Shown one piece after another: positions 9,256-18,454 of a stretch of DNA of 64,000 nucleotides. The DNA lies in the IMG/VR virus record IMGVR_UViG_3300005529_000024, positions 32,001 to 96,000 of that record. The stretch is one strand, 5' to 3'. The notes beneath the pieces were generated by a model. The model made no database searches. It had not been told where the DNA came from and worked only from the letters and a program-made list of their open reading frames with translations. A program made the position numbers and the translations under genes. The stretch comes from a virus. The first letter of the stretch is position 1. Each line of letters begins with the position of its first letter.

Positions 9256-10890
9256 ATGTTATCACAAGAACAACTTCGCATGAGACAGCTTGCTCGTACT
9301 TATGGATACAACTATCCTAATCTGATTGAGCAGGACAGTCTGAACACAAACCCAGAAGGTGGTCAGTATATTAAACTTTCCGAGCTTTCTGTCAATGATC
9401 AGTTTAGAATTGCTTCAAGCTGGAAAGCGGATTTCAATACTGCTCTTTCTATCGCTGCTACGCAATTGCTCTCTTTTGGTGGATTGAAACAGCCAATGCT
9501 CGTTCGGGCAAAAGATAATGGTAACATTACTGTTGCGACTGCCACTGGTAGCGAGCACGTAATCGCTATGAGTGAAGCAGATGTAATCTTCGTTCTTCCT
9601 CTTACCTCACGTCCTGCAAAAGATGGTGGAGTTAAAGATTCGTCTATTGACTCTATGGACTGGAACGTTCTTCCAAGTGGGGAAAAGCCTGTTAGTGCCA
9701 AGGGTGGACAGAAGATCTTCGATAGTAAGTCTGGTAAGGCTAATTTAACTGAAGATGCTAACCTTACTCCTGGTGCTGTTTTCAAGCTTCCTGGAAAAGA
9801 TGACGAATACTCTCTTGTCTCTTCTGACGATAAAGAGGTTACATTCCGTGGTAAGGACGGTAGTAAGTATCGGCTTCCTAAAGATAAGTTTCAAGCTACT
9901 CCTGTAAAGGAATCAAAAGGACGAAGAATTTCTCGCCTTGCTGAGATCCATGCTGGAGATGTGTTTAAATTTGTTGAGCCTTTTGCTGAGGGAGTTGACA
10001 TCAACAAAGTCTATCTTAAAGTTGAATCTAAGAATGGACGTAACGTTGCATATGTTTCTCCTCAAGGTAATCTAGATACTGTCCCTCTTCGTTATTCGAA
10101 GCACATTAAAGTTGAGAAGATCAACGATGAACTTTCAATGGAAGAGAGAAAAGATTTTAGTACACTGAGACAGCTTCATTCTGGCGATCAGTTCTGGTTC
10201 TTATCAAAAGACCGGGAATTCACTGAGACTCCTTATACTGTTCAGGAAAATGATTTTGTACAACAGCATATCCGTGTTCAGAGTCCAACCGATTCTCTTA
10301 AAGAAAATCGTTCTTGGTTTAGGGTGAATCATGATCATGCAGGGAACATTCTTGTTATCCGGAAGAGTCAGGTTACTGAGAAAGTAAAGGATGACAGCAA
10401 TTACGTTCTACTTCGTGATCGTAAGAATCTTTATGAGCAGGATGAACAGCAATATTTCCCATTGTCAGATCTAGCTGTAAACGATACCTTTAAGGTCAAG
10501 ACGGCTACTGCATCGAATTATCAGCCTATGTCAATGCCTACTATGCAGTTCTTGACATATGGATCATCAAAGATGCTGTATCTTGTTAAGGCTAAGTCTG
10601 GCGCTGGTATTACTGTTGCGACTGCTAATATGGGCGATATTACTATCCCTATGGCTGATGCACAGCGTATCAAGGTCATGGTCTTTACTCAGAGACCTGT
10701 TGCCACAGATGGTGTTAAAGATCCATCTATTACTCAGATGAAGTGGGATGTAGGGCCAAAGGCTGAAGCTCCTCATACTGATTGGAATGCTCATCCAGAA
10801 GAGAATCAAAATAAAGAAATCTCTGGTAAAGATCCATTCGATACGGGCGCTGAAGGATCTAACTTTCCAAAGGGTGGAAAGATCGACTAA
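9256..10890 (+). CDS. Multi-repeat protein with duplicated terminal domains and small beta-barrel-like modules
   Basis: LSELSVNDQF...ITVAT...GVKDSSI..M.W.V recurs as LSDLAVNDTF...ITVAT...GVKDPSI..M.W.V; L..L..GD.F modules in between. Confidence 0.6.
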   Translation: MLSQEQLRMRQLARTYGYNYPNLIEQDSLNTNPEGGQYIKLSELSVNDQFRIASSWKADFNTALSIAATQLLSFGGLKQPMLVRAKDNGNITVATATGSEHVIAMSEADVIFVLPLTSRPAKDGGVKDSSIDSMDWNVLPSGEKPVSAKGGQKIFDSKSGKANLTEDANLTPGAVFKLPGKDDEYSLVSSDDKEVTFRGKDGSKYRLPKDKFQATPVKESKGRRISRLAEIHAGDVFKFVEPFAEGVDINKVYLKVESKNGRNVAYVSPQGNLDTVPLRYSKHIKVEKINDELSMEERKDFSTLRQLHSGDQFWFLSKDREFTETPYTVQENDFVQQHIRVQSPTDSLKENRSWFRVNHDHAGNILVIRKSQVTEKVKDDSNYVLLRDRKNLYEQDEQQYFPLSDLAVNDTFKVKTATASNYQPMSMPTMQFLTYGSSKMLYLVKAKSGAGITVATANMGDITIPMADAQRIKVMVFTQRPVATDGVKDPSITQMKWDVGPKAEAPHTDWNAHPEENQNKEISGKDPFDTGAEGSNFPKGGKID

Positions 10891-10899
10891 GGAATCAAA

Positions 10900-11319
10900 A
10901 TGGAGCCGAAAAAACTAAGTGACGTTGAGCTTGCTAAAGCTATTCGTTTAGACATAGAGGCAGAGCTTGATGCTATCAATCTTTATGAATCTCATCTTGA
11001 ATCGACAGATAATCCAGAGGCTAAAAAAGTTCTTGAGCATGTAATCAAGGAAGAGAAAGATCATGTCTCTCTCTTCCTTGAATTACTCAAAACTCTAGAT
11101 CCAGAGCAAGAGGATATTCTAATGAAGAGTAAAGAATATTTTGGCTCTACTGTTAAAGAGATGATAGAAAGATCTTTCGATGAGGATATAAAGACTCGAA
11201 AAGTAAAACTCAAAAAGAATCTTTCGCATAATGAGGCTTTACGTTCTGTTCCAAAAAGTGTCGGTGATTTTAGAGGTTTCAAATATGATCCGGATACTGG
11301 TATAGCTTATTGTACGTAA
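10900..11319 (+). CDS. Ferritin-like (encapsulin-cargo Flp/rubrerythrin-type) protein with C-terminal extension
   Basis: AIRLDIEAELDAINLYESH...LEHVIKEEKDH..FLELLKTLDPEQ. Confidence 0.85.
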   Translation: MEPKKLSDVELAKAIRLDIEAELDAINLYESHLESTDNPEAKKVLEHVIKEEKDHVSLFLELLKTLDPEQEDILMKSKEYFGSTVKEMIERSFDEDIKTRKVKLKKNLSHNEALRSVPKSVGDFRGFKYDPDTGIAYCT

Positions 11320-11335
11320 CTAAAGGGAATACAAA

Positions 11336-11590
11336 ATGGATATAAAGAAAGTCGTTGACGGCATATTAGAGACGCATTATGGTGATCTTGACCGAGGCGA
11401 AGCTGCTAGGGAGGCTAAAGCTCGTTTCACTGAAGCTGTATCTGATATGCTGAATAAGTTGGAAGAAATTCAGGATGATCTCAAAACAGCTTGGAGCAAG
11501 GCTCATTATGAGGAAACTCGGTTAGCTACGTATAAGCTACGTGACGCTATTGTGTTGATAAAAGAATTACGTGAATCATTTTGGGAATAA
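11336..11590 (+). CDS. Helical protein with putative capsid-targeting N-terminus
   Basis: MDIKKVVDGILET. Confidence 0.6.
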   Translation: MDIKKVVDGILETHYGDLDRGEAAREAKARFTEAVSDMLNKLEEIQDDLKTAWSKAHYEETRLATYKLRDAIVLIKELRESFWE

Positions 11591-11623
11591 ATATGAACTA
11601 AAAGGATTTAACTTTTTAGTGGG

Positions 11624-11899
11624 ATGGATAAAATGAAAAATACAGATATTCTAATTAAAGAACTTCTAGAAGCAGAATATGGAAATCTTGGTGTTGCTGA
11701 TCAAGATGCCAAAGTTTCTGAGGAAGACAAAAACGTATTCACTTCTGGGGAATCCGCACTCTCTAAATTCAAGCCTGTTTGCAGCAAGATGCATAAGGCT
11801 ATCGAAAGTCTTGAAGCTGCTTTGAAAGATAAGAAGCCAGACGCTGTACTGAAATGGACTAAGGAATTACACGACTCATTCGGCATGTTGGGAATGTAA
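11624..11899 (+). CDS. Small protein with tag-like N-terminus
   Basis: TDILIKELLEAE. Confidence 0.5.
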   Translation: MDKMKNTDILIKELLEAEYGNLGVADQDAKVSEEDKNVFTSGESALSKFKPVCSKMHKAIESLEAALKDKKPDAVLKWTKELHDSFGMLGM

Positions 11900-12118
11900 A
11901 TGGTATACGCTAAGAAGTTTCTGAAATATTTGTTAGATCAGTTGCTAGATAAGGTATTTCATGTTATAATAGTAGCGTTATGTGTTTTCTCTTATAATCT
12001 ATGGTACTCAGGTAATGTGAATTTGAATATTGTAAAGGGTCAACTTCAGGAACGACTTGGAAGCGAAATCCAATTAAAAGCTCAATGTGAATTAGATCAT
12101 AAAAGGAAAATAAAATGA
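11900..12118 (+). CDS. Small membrane protein
   Basis: One hydrophobic segment VFHVIIVALCVFSYNLW. Confidence 0.5.
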   Translation: MVYAKKFLKYLLDQLLDKVFHVIIVALCVFSYNLWYSGNVNLNIVKGQLQERLGSEIQLKAQCELDHKRKIK

Positions 12119-13599
12119 GTATAAAGGATATTGTTGAAAATCTCTTTGATGGGGATAATTATACAGCACAAGATTTATTCCTCTATATCAGTAGCGATAG
12201 AGATCTCCATAGCCAGAATATTATTCCTATCCGGAAGAATCTAGTTAACAAAATGGAAAAAGGAATTTTCGATTTCGAGAAGTCTGTTAAGCTTTGGATG
12301 CATCTTGTTGATGCTGGTGCAAAAAAGTATAACGTTGAGTTTGGACCGGATGATGCTAAAGTCTTTGATCGTGCGACAAGATTAGCTGTTGCAGAAGAAT
12401 TGGCTAAAGAATTTGTCACTGAGTATGAGCTTGGCAACTATGATGAATTGAAGAAATCTAAAAGAGAAGCTCTTCAATATTCAGGCGATGAGATGTGGCC
12501 TGGTACTGGTAATGATCCTCTTGGCGATAGCGAGAATAAAGACGAACATTGCGGCCATTGTGGTAAAGATATGAATGAATCCGATGGTGGTTCTCTACCT
12601 ACCGAATGGGGTACTCTTCATTACCGTATCTCTGATGATGGTATAACATTCTATATCGATGATACTTTTGATAAAGCTGGCTTGAAAGAGGAAGCTGATC
12701 AAAAGGGTCTCTTCCATGTTGAGTCCGAACTATTTGATCATCTGATGGCAAACGGTTGGGATTGGATTCGTCCTGAAGATGTTGGTGGACTAACAGATGC
12801 TCCGATTATTAGCGATAGTGCCATTTACAATGATCAAGGTGAGTTAGAATCTGTTGATTATGTGTATTGGTATCCAAATTATCAAGTCGGTAGCATAGTA
12901 GATGATCTTGTTGACTCTGATGAATCATTCTGGCCTAAAGTTCAAGGGGAGAAGGAAGAATCTATAGACGAAGATCAGAAACTTGGTAAAGTTGGTCAAC
13001 GTGTTCGCGTTTCTGCTGGATCTGGAGTAGACTCTAATAAACTCGGTACAGTTGTTGATAAATCTGAAGTTGAGACAGACGGACGAGGCGTACCAACAAA
13101 CGTATCCGGTGCTTATAAGCCAGTTGATTGGAAGAGAGAATTAGCCGTAAGATTAGACTCAGGTGAACTTATTCTAATGTTCAAAGATAGATTATTCCCT
13201 GTTGAGGAGGAGTCTATGAAAGAAAATCGTAGTCTTAGTAGCAAGTTCGATCATTGGATGGATCAGTTTGCATGGCAACTATCCATGGATGGTGCTACCG
13301 AGGAGCTAGGAGATTCAGAGACTTTCGGATACTATGTGCTTCTGACATGGGGAGATCCTGATCATATGGTAGAGGATTTCAACCGCGTAGCTGCTGATAT
13401 CAACGCGGAACCTCTTACCCCTGAAGAGATTGAAGAGATTAAATCTTATAACTATAAGGCCGTTATTCTCATGGAGAATTCCCAGGGCTTTGTTTTCTCA
13501 GATTGGTTTGAAGACGAAGCTACTGCTACGGAAGCATGGCAGGCAATAGCTGACGAATGGGAAAAATATCATGAAGATAGTAACGATGATGATCTATGA
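12115..13599 (+). CDS. Acidic multi-domain protein (putative polyprotein) with tag N-terminus
   Basis: MSIKDIVENLFD; domains separated by MNES, IDED, MKE linkers. Confidence 0.6.
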   Translation: MSIKDIVENLFDGDNYTAQDLFLYISSDRDLHSQNIIPIRKNLVNKMEKGIFDFEKSVKLWMHLVDAGAKKYNVEFGPDDAKVFDRATRLAVAEELAKEFVTEYELGNYDELKKSKREALQYSGDEMWPGTGNDPLGDSENKDEHCGHCGKDMNESDGGSLPTEWGTLHYRISDDGITFYIDDTFDKAGLKEEADQKGLFHVESELFDHLMANGWDWIRPEDVGGLTDAPIISDSAIYNDQGELESVDYVYWYPNYQVGSIVDDLVDSDESFWPKVQGEKEESIDEDQKLGKVGQRVRVSAGSGVDSNKLGTVVDKSEVETDGRGVPTNVSGAYKPVDWKRELAVRLDSGELILMFKDRLFPVEEESMKENRSLSSKFDHWMDQFAWQLSMDGATEELGDSETFGYYVLLTWGDPDHMVEDFNRVAADINAEPLTPEEIEEIKSYNYKAVILMENSQGFVFSDWFEDEATATEAWQAIADEWEKYHEDSNDDDL

Positions 13600-13685
13600 A
13601 ACTCTTAAAAGAAATGCTCATTGAGGATTGGAAGGTTATTTTACTGGCAATCATTTTGCTTCTAATCATGATTATATTCCGATAG
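13596..13685 (+). CDS. 29-aa single-TM peptide (not in ORF track)
   Basis: ATGA overlap; MKLLKEMLIEDWKVILLAIILLLIMIIFR. Confidence 0.45.
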   Translation: MKLLKEMLIEDWKVILLAIILLLIMIIFR

Positions 13686-13694
13686 GATTAAAAA

Positions 13695-14159
13695 ATGACT
13701 ATACCTTATGATCCCCTCGTTGAGGCTGGAGATTATGGGTTTCTTGCTAAGGTTACTTCTGAGTTATATCGTAGGCGCATGATACCTGTTCAGTATATAC
13801 GCTTAGACCGCAATCAATCTGTAGATACTCTATATAACGAGAAGAAAAATCCTGTCTTTCTTCCACCAATATCTATCAATGCCTTTATCAGTCGTCCGGA
13901 TGATTCCCAGGAACTTCTTCGTTATGGTCTTGATCGTGATGTGGCAAGAAAGTTGTACATACCTAGATATGACACTGATCAAGTAAATCTGACTCCAGAG
14001 ATAGGAGATAAGATACAGATTCTTGGTACAGAAGGTGAAACCGATGAGCTTGAAGTCATGGTGGTAAACAAAGAACAGTTTTTCTTTGTGAACATCAATA
14101 AGATCTTATCATGGGAACTCGTATGTCGTTACTACAGGATTAGGAACCAGAATGGATAA
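13695..14159 (+). CDS. Neck/head-closure protein (T4 gp14-like)
   Basis: VQY..L....DTLYNE....F...I.AF......L.RYGL......PEIGD pattern. Confidence 0.55.
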   Translation: MTIPYDPLVEAGDYGFLAKVTSELYRRRMIPVQYIRLDRNQSVDTLYNEKKNPVFLPPISINAFISRPDDSQELLRYGLDRDVARKLYIPRYDTDQVNLTPEIGDKIQILGTEGETDELEVMVVNKEQFFFVNINKILSWELVCRYYRIRNQNG

Positions 14160-14874
14160 TGACGAATTTCTATTGCACAATTGGTTTAATTCAGAGCTAA
14201 GCAAGTCTGGGACTGAAGAGCTTACAGATGCTGCTGTATCATCTAGTGCAGATATGGCTGATCTTCAGAGCAGGTATAGTTCGTTGTTTACTTCAGTTCT
14301 TGAACCTCTTGCTACCGCATTAAGAAACAGTGTAAGCGCGGCTATAAAAGATTGTCCTAATGTTGATTCTGTACGAACACGAGCAAAGGGTATTCCTAGT
14401 TTCATTTTAAAAGCTTCCAAGCTTTATAATACAGCGAATGAGACATTCCCTAAATACGATGATCCCTTGAATGAGATCCAAGATCAACTCGGTGCTCTTG
14501 TTCTTGTGCGATATACAAACAATGTAGACTGCGTTGTTGAGACAATTAAATCTCACTTTAAGGCTGTCGAAGATAAGCTCATTGTTCCTGATGAACCAAA
14601 TGAATTTGGTTATGAGGGTCATCACATTGTATTACTTCTGCCGGATGCACTATTAGAGCCTTATAAAGATAATAAGGATTGTCCCAAGTTTTTCGAGCTA
14701 CAGATCAAAACTCTGTATCAATATGCATGGTCGGAAGCTGGTCACAACATTGCTTACAAGGGTCACAATCTTACGGAAGAACAAAAGAAGACGATTGCAT
14801 TCTTGGCTTCGATGACATGGGGTAGCGACAAAATCTTTTCTGATCTCGCAAGAACATTCGGAGAACTACAGTGA
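14152..14874 (+). CDS. RelA/SpoT-family small alarmone synthetase-like protein
   Basis: RAK..SF..K, IQDQLG, FGYEGHH, FELQIKTLYQYAWSEAGHNIAYK. Confidence 0.9.
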   Translation: MDNDEFLLHNWFNSELSKSGTEELTDAAVSSSADMADLQSRYSSLFTSVLEPLATALRNSVSAAIKDCPNVDSVRTRAKGIPSFILKASKLYNTANETFPKYDDPLNEIQDQLGALVLVRYTNNVDCVVETIKSHFKAVEDKLIVPDEPNEFGYEGHHIVLLLPDALLEPYKDNKDCPKFFELQIKTLYQYAWSEAGHNIAYKGHNLTEEQKKTIAFLASMTWGSDKIFSDLARTFGELQ

Positions 14875-15200
14875 GTATTAAAAAGTATATAGATAAAGTA
14901 AACGAATCAAGACAAGAGTATATGCGTTATTACGCTGAAGCTGGAGTTTGGATCTTTCTTGAGCCGTCTGATTTCGAGTATGACAATAAGATCCAAGATT
15001 TGAAAGATAATAAGGAATTATCAATCGAAGAGAAGATTAGGGAAGCTAAAGAGTATACACATACGGTCGCTTTAGGAAAAGCAGCAGAATTGGAGAGCTT
15101 AGCCGAAGAGAGATTCGGCATAAAGCTATCAATTGATGTTAGCTCAACCTCTGATGATCATATTAATTGGTACGATATTTTTGAACCTGAACAGGATTAA
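14871..15200 (+). CDS. Acidic protein with putative capsid-targeting N-terminus
   Basis: MSIKKYIDKVNES. Confidence 0.55.
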   Translation: MSIKKYIDKVNESRQEYMRYYAEAGVWIFLEPSDFEYDNKIQDLKDNKELSIEEKIREAKEYTHTVALGKAAELESLAEERFGIKLSIDVSSTSDDHINWYDIFEPEQD

Positions 15201-15218
15201 TTAAAGGAGAAATAAAAA

Positions 15219-15506
15219 ATGAAGAAAGACATTTCTAAATTAGCTGATCAAATTTTGGAAGATCATGCACGTAAATCAGTTCCATGGTGGGAAAGTCCAC
15301 TTTCTGGAGAAGAGAAGACTCTCGGTAAGTATAATGACGGCAAGGATGCTTTCCTGAAAGGAAAGAAAGATGCCCCCCTTATTGAGAAACGCGGTAAGTC
15401 TGGTGGATCTCTGGCCCGTAAAACTGGTCCTCTTATGAAGAGCCACAGCGAGCGTCCTATGCAGGAGAAGAAAGCTTCAAAACGTTGTAAACATTGTGGA
15501 AAATAA
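15219..15506 (+). CDS. Basic protein with tag-like N-terminus (possible internal DNA-binding protein)
   Basis: ISKLADQILED followed by K-rich body. Confidence 0.5.
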   Translation: MKKDISKLADQILEDHARKSVPWWESPLSGEEKTLGKYNDGKDAFLKGKKDAPLIEKRGKSGGSLARKTGPLMKSHSERPMQEKKASKRCKHCGK

Positions 15507-15523
15507 TTATCTATATGGAGTAG

Positions 15524-15799
15524 ATGATAGTGCTAAACGTTGCTTTTGACGTTGATGGAACTCTTCAGAATTACGGTGAACCTAATAAGCCTGTTATAAC
15601 TTTATTCAAGGAATTTGAGGGCTTAGGTTGTAATATGTATATCTGGAGCGGCGAAGGTGTAAAACACGCTGAGGAATGGAGAGATAGGCTAGGATTAACA
15701 GCTACTGTAGTGAAAAAGGGGTCGTTTGTACCAGATTTTGCAGTCGATAATGTTAAAGGAACGAAATTAGGGCAGGTTAATATTATATTAACTAAATAA
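15524..15799 (+). CDS. Minimal HAD-superfamily phosphatase-like protein
   Basis: VAFDVDGTL, WSG, K, VDN. Confidence 0.7.
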   Translation: MIVLNVAFDVDGTLQNYGEPNKPVITLFKEFEGLGCNMYIWSGEGVKHAEEWRDRLGLTATVVKKGSFVPDFAVDNVKGTKLGQVNIILTK

Positions 15800-15800
15800 T

Positions 15801-15831
15801 TATCCTAACTTTTGCTCTTTTGCGTCTTGCA
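15801..15831 (+). promoter_or_regulatory. Putative phage-specific promoter, copy 1
   Basis: TATCCTAAC-N12-GCGTCTTGCA, intergenic. Confidence 0.65.
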
Positions 15832-15927
15832 TGATAGACAAGTGTAAGCATTTTTATGCCGTAAATATGCGCTTAAAAATCTTATACTATTGATATATTT
15901 AGTATATTTCCATTAGAGGGAACAAAA

Positions 15928-16239
15928 ATGACATTATTGACATTCGCAAATTCACTGGTTGGACAGGTAACTTTCATGGTTATGGGTATGGCTTCCCACT
16001 TCTTAAAGAAGAAGCTCGCAAATGAGGATAAAGCTACCTTTATGGAGTATTATGGTGGCTTCTGGGGTTATACTCTTGCCAATCTTGGTGTTGCCTTTGC
16101 CTGTTTGACCGCTTTAGTACAGTCTGGCATGGCTTCTGCCTTGACTCTGTTTTTAGCTGGATACACTTGTGATTCTATCTTACAGAAGAGCGTTGGTGAT
16201 CTAAGCCATGTTCTTCCAGTACCAAAACAAGACAATTAA
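15928..16239 (+). CDS. Membrane protein (holin-like)
   Basis: 2-3 hydrophobic segments, 103 aa. Confidence 0.45.
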   Translation: MTLLTFANSLVGQVTFMVMGMASHFLKKKLANEDKATFMEYYGGFWGYTLANLGVAFACLTALVQSGMASALTLFLAGYTCDSILQKSVGDLSHVLPVPKQDN

Positions 16240-16271
16240 CTTATTATAATTTGTCCCAATGGAGGTTGTAA

Positions 16272-16595
16272 ATGGAGATACAAAGGAATTACATGAATGT
16301 ATTTACCGAATCGTTATTGGGGCAAGATTTTAAGGCAGTCAAACAGATAAAGAACGACGAAGTACATAAAATATACATGTACGGGTACGTTATAGAAGTT
16401 CCATTTCCGGATGGTAATCTGCTACGTTGTTTTGGTAACAATAAGATGCAGCTTATTGAGTCAACTAAAATGATACTTCACAATCATAATATCACTGATA
16501 GTATGCTTAGTGTTTTAAGTAATTATTTTACGGGCGAAAGCGTTAGCATATCGTTAGCTCCATTGATGATACTTGATGGAGAAACAAATGGGTAA
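16272..16595 (+). CDS. Hypothetical protein
   Basis: ORF with GGAGG SD. Confidence 0.55.
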   Translation: MEIQRNYMNVFTESLLGQDFKAVKQIKNDEVHKIYMYGYVIEVPFPDGNLLRCFGNNKMQLIESTKMILHNHNITDSMLSVLSNYFTGESVSISLAPLMILDGETNG

Positions 16596-16754
16596 CAAAA
16601 ATCTTTTAACAAACACCACTCATGGGCGTGGTTCTGAACAGGAGTGTGCCAATGACTAGTGTTCTTGCTGATGCAGTTTTAGTTTTGATTATCTTTACTA
16701 TCTCATTAATTTCCTCAATATCGTTTCATTAATCTAACAATTCGAGAAAAATCA

Positions 16755-17240
16755 ATGAGCCTAAAAGATAGGCTTGATCTCGTATTCTCTGAGATACTGG
16801 AGGATGCAGATCAGGTTGACAGTCTTCCTATTGCCTTGTCAAAAAAGACTACTGCTAAGTTCGAGCCTTTATCTTCTTCCTATGCTATGACTTTTTTAAA
16901 GGTTGATTCGAATAAAGGTTCTTATACATTCAAAATATATCACGTGCCGCAAGATAACGTTGCTGTCATATACACTTATGATTCTGATGGTCGTTATCTT
17001 GGTCTTTACAGTAAAGACAACATTAACAACACAGATGAGTTAGCAAGTTTCGTTAACGATGTCTTAGACAGAGTTAATCCCACTAAATCTGATGGTGATA
17101 ACAGAGATGTCGGCCATTTAGGGAATGCCGGTACGGGTCCCAAACAGTTTATGTCCGATCCTTCAACTTCCGGCGTATCTAGTGACCTTCTATCTCAGAG
17201 GGGATTCTACTCTTTAGAAAGTAAAGAGATAAAGAAATAA
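16755..17240 (+). CDS. Protein with tag-like N-terminus
   Basis: MSLKDRLDLVFSEILED. Confidence 0.55.
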   Translation: MSLKDRLDLVFSEILEDADQVDSLPIALSKKTTAKFEPLSSSYAMTFLKVDSNKGSYTFKIYHVPQDNVAVIYTYDSDGRYLGLYSKDNINNTDELASFVNDVLDRVNPTKSDGDNRDVGHLGNAGTGPKQFMSDPSTSGVSSDLLSQRGFYSLESKEIKK

Positions 17241-17279
17241 TTTATTAACAAAAAAGAAATATTTTAAGGGGTAATACAA

Positions 17280-17570
17280 ATGGCACTTCCTTCAACATTT
17301 AATTTACATTTCAGAAATAATTCGACATACCAGATTGATTTCGTATCGAGTGAAGTTGTCGCTGGTGGAACTTATCCAGATCAACCAGCACTAGATACAC
17401 ATTTTGGCCGTGTCAATCCTGGAACAATATCTGGTCAGTCTCTTCAAGAGCTAAAAGATCTTGCTATGTGGTTTGATCGTATGCAATTACGAGATGACGA
17501 TGTAGATCTTCCTGGATTTCAGTCATACAATATGGGTCAGCAGAGACAACCTCTACTTCTGATTCAGTAA
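17280..17570 (+). CDS. Hypothetical (possibly structural) protein
   Basis: ORF with SD, followed by strong hairpin. Confidence 0.5.
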   Translation: MALPSTFNLHFRNNSTYQIDFVSSEVVAGGTYPDQPALDTHFGRVNPGTISGQSLQELKDLAMWFDRMQLRDDDVDLPGFQSYNMGQQRQPLLLIQ

Positions 17571-17578
17571 TTAATCAT

Positions 17579-17613
17579 GTTAACACTAGCAGGTATCCCC
17601 TGCTAGTGTTAAC
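17579..17613. terminator. Perfect 15-bp hairpin
   Basis: GTTAACACTAGCAGG-TATCC-CCTGCTAGTGTTAAC. Confidence 0.6.
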
Positions 17614-18208
17614 TAAATTTAGGTTTTTGATGAAGATTAAAGATTTAATTGAGGATGGTGAAGGTGTGCAGATGGGAGGTACTTATGCCCCCCTGCAAAA
17701 AGATATGGGTGATATCGATCATTCGCCTTCTTTTCAAGATAAATCTGCTGCCGACACTAAAGAATCTTTGTTCAATCCTCCCAAGCAAAAAGGTGTTAAC
17801 GCTGATAAATATCTTTCTCAAGTCAAGAAGGATCAGTCGTTAGTCTCTAAGCAGTTGGGTATAAAGGTTGAAGTTCTTGCTGCTGAAGAAAAAGAGGAAT
17901 GGTTACAAATCTCTACACCAGCAGGACATTACAAAGTTCATAGTACGGCTGAAAAAATAGATGTAAAAAATAATCGGAACTATCACAAAATCACAATTGA
18001 TATCTATGATAACGATGGTAGCTCGCTGGTGAGTTCTTATACTACAGTGAAGCCGCGTTATTTCAGTGTTGATGAGTTGATAGACTTATACTTCCGGGCA
18101 TACCTTAAAGCAGGCGCTGTAAAAAATAAGCCTGCTGATAATATGGTAAATGGTCAACCAGGTGCATTAGCACCTCTTTCACCTTTGAAGCCTGGTGGAA
18201 ACTTATAA
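17606..18208 (+). CDS. Hypothetical protein (likely start MKIKDLIE near 17630)
   Basis: Short tag-like N-terminus. Confidence 0.5.
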   Translation: MLTKFRFLMKIKDLIEDGEGVQMGGTYAPLQKDMGDIDHSPSFQDKSAADTKESLFNPPKQKGVNADKYLSQVKKDQSLVSKQLGIKVEVLAAEEKEEWLQISTPAGHYKVHSTAEKIDVKNNRNYHKITIDIYDNDGSSLVSSYTTVKPRYFSVDELIDLYFRAYLKAGAVKNKPADNMVNGQPGALAPLSPLKPGGNL

Positions 18209-18220
18209 TCGGAGAAATTA

Positions 18221-18454
18221 ATGGTAGGAAAGTTTAAGAACGTAACTAATTTTACTCTAACGATTGCTAGAAACGTCAAGGTCAATCCTGATGAAGTATA
18301 TGATGGGGAAGTTGAGGATAATTTAGTTACACGTGGAATGCTCATTCCTGTTGAGTCTTTAAAAGTAACGACAAAGAAATCAACAATTCTTCTAGAGAAT
18401 AAAGAACTTTCTGAAGAGTCTTTGAATAAATATGGACAAGAAACTTCTCAATGA
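18221..18454 (+). CDS. Hypothetical protein
   Basis: ORF with GGAG SD. Confidence 0.5.
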   Translation: MVGKFKNVTNFTLTIARNVKVNPDEVYDGEVEDNLVTRGMLIPVESLKVTTKKSTILLENKELSEESLNKYGQETSQ

